From: Carcharhinus amblyrhynchos
Lineage: Eukaryota
NCBI GenBank assembly: GCA_965287045.1
Contig: OZ336895.1
Span: forward strand, 22,940,001 to 23,004,000
DNA: 64,000 bases
Direction: 5' to 3'
The notes beneath the pieces were generated by a model that was given only the letters and a program-made list of their open reading frames with translations, had not been told where the DNA came from and did not search any database. Each line of letters starts with the position of its first letter. Positions within the stretch are counted from its first letter, which is position 1. The translations under genes were made by a program, and so were the position numbers. This document shows positions 55,560 to 64,000 of this stretch, piece after piece.

Positions 55560-56570
55560 AAGAGACAAAATCACAGAGACAAAATTAGACAAAAATGGAC
55601 ACGAGGAGCCAAAAATGTAATCAGCAAAGTGGATTTTAAAGGCAGTTTAAAAGAGATGAGAGAGAGGTGGAACCAAACGAGTTTAGTGAGGGAATTCTGC
55701 AGCAATGGGCCTTGGTGGCTGTGGGTATAGCTGCCAATTCTTGGCAAAGAGAGGTGGAATTACATAATAGGCCATAGAAGGAAGAACAGAAAATTAAGGA
55801 TGGCTTGCATAGTTGGAAGGAATAGAAGAAATAAAGAAAGACAAAATGCGAATATTAAGGGGATCAATTTAAATTAAAGTTTGGGAGACCCAAACGTCAG
55901 TGCAGGTCAGCAGAGTCAGGAATAGTGGTTAAGAGAAGCTAAATGTGGAAGAGATTATGGACAGCAGAGTTCTGGATGAGCTGAAGTTAACAAGGGGTGG
56001 GAGGATGGGATACCATCTGGAAAAGCATTGGAATAATCGAGTTTAAGTAAACAAAGTGATGAATGAAAGTTTCAATTGCAGATGCTGAAGTCAAGGATAG
56101 AGAGGTAGGTGATGTTAGGGAAGAAGAAGTAGGTGTTTTTGTGATAGAGTGGCAATGAGGTCAGAAGTTTAGATAGGATTGAATAGGATAATGAATTTGT
56201 GAACAGTCTGATTCAACCAGAAACAACAATCAGGGAGTGATGAAATCAGGGGCAGAAGTACAGAGTTTATGGAGGAAGCCAAGTACAATGGCTTCAATTT
56301 TCTTCATATCTAACAAGAGAAAATTTCTATTCAACACAGACTAAATATCAGACAAGCAAAATTAAAGCACACACACAGTGAAGGATCAATGGAAGTGTAG
56401 AGGCATTGTGGATCTCATCAGCATACACATAGAAGCTGCACCCTTTATTGTAACTGGTAGCATTTAGGGCCAGTGTGCAGACAGCGGAGCAGTGGAAGGG
56501 GGCCATAAATGAATAATTGGGGAACTCCAACGATAAGGCAAAAAAAACACCATTGCTGACTCAAGCAATG
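55560..56570 (-). mobile_element. Ancient L2 fragment
   Basis: rc remnants GVPQ, F--YAD-- and LWNSL; purine-rich plus strand typical of antisense L2. Confidence 0.6.
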
Positions 56571-56631
56571 AACAAAGAGGTAACACTAGAGGGCAATCCC
56601 ATGAGCTAGACAGCAGGAGTGTTTAAGTCTA

Positions 56632-56903
56632 AGGTCATTTATTGGTATCACAAGTAGGATTACATTAACACTTCAATGAAGCTACTGTGAAAATCCCCTG
56701 GTCGCCACACTCCAACACCTGTTCGGGTACACTGCAGGAGAATTTAGTGTGACCAATGCACCTAACCTGTGGTAGGAAGCCGGAGCACCCAGGGGAAACC
56801 CATGCAGTACCAGGAGAACATAGAAACTTCATACAGAGACAGACCCAAGCTGGGAATCCAACCAGGGCTCCTGGCGCTGTGATGCAGCAGTGCTAACCAC
56901 TGT
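56632..56903 (-). mobile_element. HE1-type SINE, alternative-tail subfamily
   Basis: rc CAGTGGTTAGCACTGCTGCATCACAGCGCCAGG...GTGTACCCGAACAGG...GTGTTAATGTAATCCTACTTGTGATACCAATAAAT. Confidence 0.88.
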
Positions 56904-57499
56904 TGTCCCCAAAAGAACAACAGTCCAGTCAATCAAGTTAAAGCTTCGTATGAGGTCTTTGAGAGCAAATGCAACACGATCACAGTTACAGATGATAGAC
57001 TGTGAAACATTTCTGAGGGCTGCTTTGGTGCTGTTACAAGAGGAGAACAGATTCCAAAGATTCAAATTTGGAGTTGGCTGAAAAATGGGCATGGATTTGG
57101 GTGATAACAATATACCCAAGGACATTAAAAAGGAAAGTGCAGTTAGAAATTGGCAGCATATTGCAAGGACAGAGGGGGCAAGGATGTTTATTCTCTGAGT
57201 AGTAAGGAGAGGGAACCACAGGCAATGTCAGATAGCAGAACAGAAATTTGGTAGCAACAGTTTAATGGCAATGGGGTGAATAGAGTAGATGAATCTCAGG
57301 GAAAAGATGGGCTTGGAGAGAAGAGTGAGCAGAGAAATAAGTAAAAGATATGGAATTGGAGCTGGGGCAAACTCTAAAGTTATCACTATAGTTGAATGAG
57401 TTACTTATTCAAAGTGGGTAGGGTTGACCATTTTTTTCAATATTCTCTTCACAGATTATTCCACTTCTGAATTAGTCCAAACCTAAATTGAGGAATATA

Positions 57500-59320
57500 G
57501 CATTTTTGTATTGGGTGGTTTTGAGGAAAATGGAGGGGGAGTTTCTCTGGGAATCGGGCATACCATCTCCAGAACAAGTATGAGGCTGCCGGGTGCAGAG
57601 GTAGGCTAGGTAGAAGGGCTGCTTTTGTGCTCTGGAATTGCATTGAAGTTTTTTGTAAAATGCAGTAAAATATGAAATAGCTATCCAGCCCTCACCCCTC
57701 ACACATTTTCATGCCCTATCCATACAATCTATGGCCCCTCACATGCCCAATGCCAACTTATGCTCCTTTTCCCACCATCATGATCCTCATATCCTCAGTG
57801 CCAAGCTGTGCACTCCACTCACCATCATGCCCCTTTACAATACCAATGCCACTCCCTGTACCAGTATGAACATTCTATGGCCCTTTATAGACTCAAGCCA
57901 ACTTTGTGCCAACTCATGCCAATCTACCACCCTGTGCCCTTAGGACCTACCATGACAACTTATCCAGTATCCATCATGGGCAGACTTCAGGAGCCATGAT
58001 GAAATTAAATTAAATTTTATGTACTTATTGATGAATCCACTATTTTGTAAAAGGTTGCACTCATAAAAACCCCATTCACTACATTTAAATTCTGTCAACT
58101 GCATCTAATTAAAACTAACATTTCAGTTAAGTGCTTAATCCCTTATAAAAAGCAAGCATTAAAATTCATTGTCCCACTTCAAAGAGTATATCACCACTCG
58201 TAGCTGTGAATTGGAAGGCACCCTATCTGAAAATGGAAGATTGTGGAAAAAGTCATGCTGTGATTACCTGGTAACAGGTTATCCCAGGCTTATATGAACA
58301 GACAGAGTGAAATAGCAAGCAGTGTTTTTCTTAACCTGACATTTCTCAGAAATTTAAAGGACAGGAGTTTTAAATGCCTTGACAGTTTGACATTGCCTTT
58401 GACACTTCATTGTGATACTTCTAACAGTTACAGTGAATTTGCCAGTTACTGAGTTCTTGCACCTTTTACGCATATTCATGCCTAATTTATTTTAATCCCA
58501 AAGTGGCACCCTATCTTTCCCAAGGGGCACTTTACCTCTTCTGAGGGGCACCTGACCTTCCCCAAAAGACACCTGATCTCTCATAAAGGCATCCAATGAC
58601 CATATTCAAAGGGGAACCCTACCTTGTCAAAAGAGTACCGCATGTCTCTAAAGGACACTACGAAGTTCAGATCTGCTCCAACCAGGTCTAACCTGGGCAC
58701 ATCATGTTTCACATGCCTGGCTCAACAAAATAACACGAGTCAAGGCATATGCTGATTTAAATGAACAGCTGCCTCTGCTCACTTACAGAAGCTAAACTTA
58801 TGGAATATTGAGTGGTCTAGATAGAGTGGATGTTGGGGGGATGTTCCCAGTAATGGGAGAGACTACAACTCAAGGGCACAACCTCAAAGTGAAGGGGCGC
58901 TCCCTTAAAACTGAGATGAGGAAGAATTTCTTCAGCCTGAGGGAGGTGAATCTGTGGAACTCATTGCCACAGAGGGCTGTGGAGGCTGGGCCATTGAATA
59001 TCTTTAAGACAGAAATAGATAGGTTTTTGATCAATAAGGGGATCAAGGATTACGGGCAGAAGGCAGGAGAATGGGGATGAGAATCGTATCAGCCATGATT
59101 GAATGATGGAGCAGGCTCAATGAGCCAAATTGCCTAATTCTGCTCCTATATTCTTATGGTCTTATTGTCTGTGGAACATGCCTGTGTGAATCCCAATGTG
59201 GAAACACTCGTACTCCGGACCCCTACAAAAATGGCAAGTGCCATCTTTGGGATGGGACTTCTGGATTTTGGACTCATCTGCTATTTTCACAAGCATGAAG
59301 ATTCACCTCCAAAAATCTAG
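57500..59320. mobile_element. Old non-coding repeat with an internal ~21-bp degenerate minisatellite (58500-58660), split by a CR1
   Basis: ATGCC-rich tract (57700-57990), AAAGGGCACC-like units, and inverted similarity to 16130-17400. Confidence 0.5.
58797..59168 (+). mobile_element. CR1 3' fragment (relatively young)
   Basis: GLDRVDVGGMFP...KTEMRKNFFSLREVNLWNSLPQ; tail CTCCTATATTCTTATGGTCTTAT. Confidence 0.92.
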
Positions 59321-62300
59321 GTTTGTATCAGTGAGTTTTGTACAGAAGTAACACACAGAATTAAAAATTCAAAGTTGTTTAAAGAATAAAAAAAATTCTT
59401 ATCCTATGCCAAATAAACACTCTGAGCAAAATTTGTTTTGGTGCACAAGCAGGTTTTTACTAGAAATGTGAAGGCAGACAGCATAACCGAACTACCAGGC
59501 CAGTAATCAAGGTAGATTGGTTAAGGTTCTCAAATGCAATAATCTAACATCAAAAACCCTGCAACTTACTGTTCATTGTATAAATCAAAGTTAAGTGCAT
59601 ACAGGTGGGGAACTCTCATTTGATAATTACTTAAACATAGATGAAGTGACACTTATTGACAATAAGTGACATTATTGATAGTAGTGAAAGGTTGTAGAAT
59701 TAGGAGCTATACGTTTATACTGTCTCACTTTGTGAATAAATCTGAAATTGATTAAGGATTGATTTCTGGATTTCTCCTTCACCAACTGATTGTCAAAAGT
59801 TTAACAATGACTTCTACCCACCTACTATTTAGAAGTAATTCAAACAAGTATTGATGCTTAAGCCAATTGCATTGAGTCCTACATACTCTTAAAATGTCTT
59901 GTAAGAACAAGTCAATACTCTTTTGTGCTGTACCCTGGCAGGCAAGACAAAGTGCAGCATCAGGTCAAGAGGGCAGGGTCTAATTGTATCAGAGTACATA
60001 GATGTAATTCAGTCCCCATTTTTAGTGCTTCCTTATTTTTGTATGATACTGTGACTTCTCATTATTTACAGTTAATTGACAAAACTTGGGGAAATTTGCG
60101 AAATGGAGTTGATTGGAACAAAGGGGTTTCTCCACAAACAGACCAAGAAGTTGGCAGACATAAAAGAGAGGCATTCAAGGACCTGTGCTGACAAAAGGGC
60201 CTAATTACAGTGCAACAAGTTTAAGTTTCCATTATAAATGTGGACACAGGAATTTATAATGGAAGAAAAAGTTGGCACAGAAGTATGATTAAAAAACTAA
60301 CAGGAAACAACATTTTATGGACAGGAAATATAGACAGATGTAAGATTATTAATATATTGAAGCTATGCAAATCAAATTGTAGAAACGTGACTGCTATCAA
60401 AGAGCTAAACATGAATGAAGCCCTTCAAATAAACTAATAATTTCAGCATTTTAGTACATCAATAGTTACTTTTGTAACTTGAAAAACCATAGTTACTTGC
60501 AGTCACTCTAGCCATAATTTGCTTTCTTAACTGGTTGTGCTAATTATTTTTTAAAGGCTGAGTTTGCTGCCAGTGTCGTGCATGCACAGTTAAAGATGAT
60601 GTTTAGAAAGACTATACTTCTCCAAGTTGGTAGGCAGAAGGGCAGAATGGAGCTAGGGACTGAGATGAGGAGGGAAGGGAAGCCTCAGACTCATTCAGTA
60701 AAGGCTGCAATTCCAGATTACAACTTGCCTATTCAGCCTTTGGAACACTGGGGCTTCTTCTGGTTGGCTCTTATTCAGATCCCAAAGCTGTTCACTCAGT
60801 TTCTGAGTAGGCAGGCAGCTGGACAAGGCCTCTCCACATTTCTTAATCTCCCACTCTTCCCTCTAACCTGGGCCTGTCACTGGAAAGAAGCCCCAGTGCT
60901 GCAAACAGGGGATATTGAGGCTATATTCCGAAATGGTGGCCATCACCGGGTGGGCGAGAAGTCTCACCTCCCTCCTCATCCCAAAACTCTGAAGACTGCT
61001 GCAAATGACATCACTGGTTTGCTGCGCACGTGCGCATGGATATTGGCAGTCATCTTGCATTGGCAGGAGACAAGCGTTTTTTAAAATGGTAACATGGTCA
61101 AAGCAATGAAAACTACCAAGCTGATCTCCAGCAGATGCCAAGTCGGTCATAGGACATCTGCCAAGAAAATACTGAAACCCCTATCCAGAACATTTGCACC
61201 GTATGCCTGAGACAAAATCAGGACCCCTTCTGGGTTTCTTCCGTTCAAAATCGAAACAGGTAACTTTTGCCAAAAATAGCTGTCCTCCTCAGCTGAAAAG
61301 GAATTCCAAAGGTGTTCAACCCATTAATTTCCTGTCTTTTTATCTCATTATCACTTCGGTACAGCACTCCATTTCATCAGTCTTTTAGCACATCCGTGTT
61401 TCTTCAGAGCCAAAAACTTTGTAAAGCAAAATGATTTCTCACACACCTGTCCAGTTAATCTTTGAACAATTATTGTTTCTGGTAAAATAAATGATGTACA
61501 TTTATGTTGGGCTGATGCAAATGGTATTTTAGCCTAAATGGATCTTGCATTAAAAGTAAGTAAATTAAGACAAATGTAGACACTTCTCTACTTAAAAGAA
61601 ATGTTGAACTCTTTGGCTTTTTATGTTTTTCTCTCCTCCCATGATCTCACATTACCTGCAGTCCAGAAGGTGGTCACTCCTGATATTTGCTTTTTCTTTT
61701 AAGGAAACCAGACTTTGTGTAGTAGTGAGCCCTTGCCCAATACTTGTGCATCTGTGATCCAAAGCTGGTAAAGCAAAACATTACAAATTCCCACTACAGT
61801 AGATTGCCACCTTTATTCTCTGCAAAGTACCACGAAGCATTAATTCTGATGTGGACTTTGCAATAGGTACACTTAAGTCTTTGTTGCCAAATATGCTCTG
61901 AGTCACACTGTAAAATAACTGGTGGTAAAACATACCACCAGGGGAACAAAATCACCCCTGGTCAACCATGACACGAGGAATCTCGTGGATCAGCTTTGGA
62001 GTCTGCACACTTGATAACTAATAGTTCCTGTTCCAGCTGGAAAACAAGGATCCATGCAAATACTCTAGAACTGTTTGCAGCAATGAAGAATTGAAGACAT
62101 ATCAATACTTCATTAAGAATTAAAGCAACTGCCGCTGGAAAACATAACCCTGCATGGTATTAGTTTCCTCATGAAGGTAACAAATCGTGATTCAATCTTC
62201 ACCCCATAGCAATCCCCTCCCAAATCCCCCAAATGCATCTGAAAAAGAACTCCAATAAATTGCCACCTTCTTTCTCCTGTTGTGAGAAAGATTCCTTAAA

Positions 62301-64000
62301 ACTTTACAATTCCTAGCAATTTGATTGCTTCAAGATCAGAGGGCTTTGTCATAATGGAAAGAGACATTAAGAGCTAAGTCTCCCTTAATCCCTTCTCCAT
62401 CCAATAATTTTACAACTCCATTAAATTCCTTAACAACCCAAAGCAGCTAAAGAATTCCTAAAACATATTAGGGTTCAGTCGGATACCAAGAATGCCCCCA
62501 AGACCTCACACATAACAAAGATGGAGCAGAAATAGCTCAACTTGAACAAGCTCAGGAAACAAAAAAAATGTTCTTTCATCTTGCTGCAGAGAATCTACAA
62601 GCACATTGTATGTTTTATGTATTTTTATTCCTCTGCTTTGGTTTTTGCCTTCACACTGCCCATTTTCATGTTTTGACTAGTCCCAGCTGGCAATTTGCAT
62701 AACTTGAATTTTCTCTAAAGGGCAATAGCTGCTGTCTCCAATTTACCATTGGATTACTCCCCGTACTATTTATACTAAACATAATTAAGAGAAACTGGGT
62801 ATTCCTGCTAGTTCCTTGATTAACTCACTCATCCTGGAACTAAAGATATTGGACCATTAAAGCACTCTGAAGGTGCTTCTCTCATCAACGTGTAACCTCT
62901 ATGAGCCTGAATTTATAAATCTGGAAAAATGTTCAGCTAACAAAGTGAAGAATCTTGTTTTCTTACTTGTTCTAAATTAGCATCATTAGTAATATCTAAA
63001 TCTACTCATCCAGTCAAAGTAAATTCTTTCCTATGTTACTGATTGAATCATATCTGCTTGATATGATTCAACTTGGAACTTAATTACAATGATCTATGTA
63101 TGTACAGCATTTCTTTGTACTTTGCTAATTGATACATGTGTTTACACCAATTTGATATAACTTCTATCTGCAATTATTGACTATTTAACCCTTTTTCCTT
63201 TCTTCATCATTATTCTGGATTAATCCTCAGAATGTTCTGAGTCTCCACATGTTTAACAGCACAATTAGTGTGTAACTGACAAGGGTAGTTCAGCCAAATC
63301 AAGTAGTGTGCTTTGCAATATATATTTCTACCATTTGGCTTATATTAGCCTCTGTCTCATTAAAGCTTGCTTGTAACTATTCTCTCATTTTGTTTGTTGC
63401 TATTTTAGTGGCTCAAAGAACTCAAGGATAAGTATACTCACCAGCAGGCCTCAATTATCAACATATGATACTTAAAATCTGTATGGTCACCATGACCTAT
63501 ATGCGGATGGGAATATGAATACTAGATTGGTCAGAGGGAATTTAAGATGTTCTCTCCTTCCAAGGAAAAAGAGCGAAATGTGTGGCAAAAGTGGAAAACC
63601 AGATGAAAAGATTTAAAATACACCATTATATATAGCATGTAGGAGTCTGTACAGATAGGAATGAGAAAGATTGTGCTCTACTGAAATTGTGCATGTTACA
63701 CAAAGAAAGGAGAGCAAGGAACTGGAGGTTTTTCAATGAAACTATTTGTGGGTGAGTTAGGAATATGGAAAGAGTTTATGAGAACTATGGAACTTGGGGT
63801 TGAAGGTGATAGCCTGCTGGACAATGCATCATCCCTAAGATTCACTTACTTGCTGGGGTTTTGAACAACATGCTGCTGAAATCTACTGAGTGAAATGTGT
63901 GGCCAGCAGGCATGGCCAATAGATTCCCACCTGGCGTTCACTGAATGTTGGTCTGCAACCAGGAAGTGTGCGGGGAAGTCCCACTCTCTCATCAATTTCC

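Noticed and set aside
58500-58660. CRISPR-like array
   Set aside because: Degenerate ~21-bp tandem units without unique spacers, in eukaryotic DNA.
60578-61084. 168-aa ORF
   Set aside because: No recognisable domain or splice context; it overlaps a GC-richer MITE-like segment.

Overview
Vertebrate genomic DNA, almost certainly an elasmobranch (shark), judging from the repeats: HE1/V-SINEs, SacSINE1-like DeuSINEs, CR1/HER1 LINEs, L2 remnants, Penelope-like elements and GGGC-ended MITEs. The only host coding sequence I can support is the 532-bp DNA-binding-domain exon (exon 2) of a Nuclear Factor I gene on the minus strand (46503-47034), most like NFIC. The rest appears to be its introns (intron 2: 1-46502; intron 1: 47035-64000); I found no exon 1 or exon 3. 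Most notable observations: (i) a 1.5-kb fold-back Penelope element with an 11-bp TSD and a minimal hammerhead ribozyme in each arm; (ii) a 202-bp miniature of the same architecture with a 15-bp TSD, folding back inside the hammerhead core; (iii) one SINE body carrying two different 3' tails; (iv) an in-frame stop plus AATAAA just past the exon-2 donor, suggesting a possible DBD-only isoform; (v) inverted repeat pairs bracketing exon 2 that could favour circularisation. Repeat boundaries were read by eye and are approximate unless a TSD is given.
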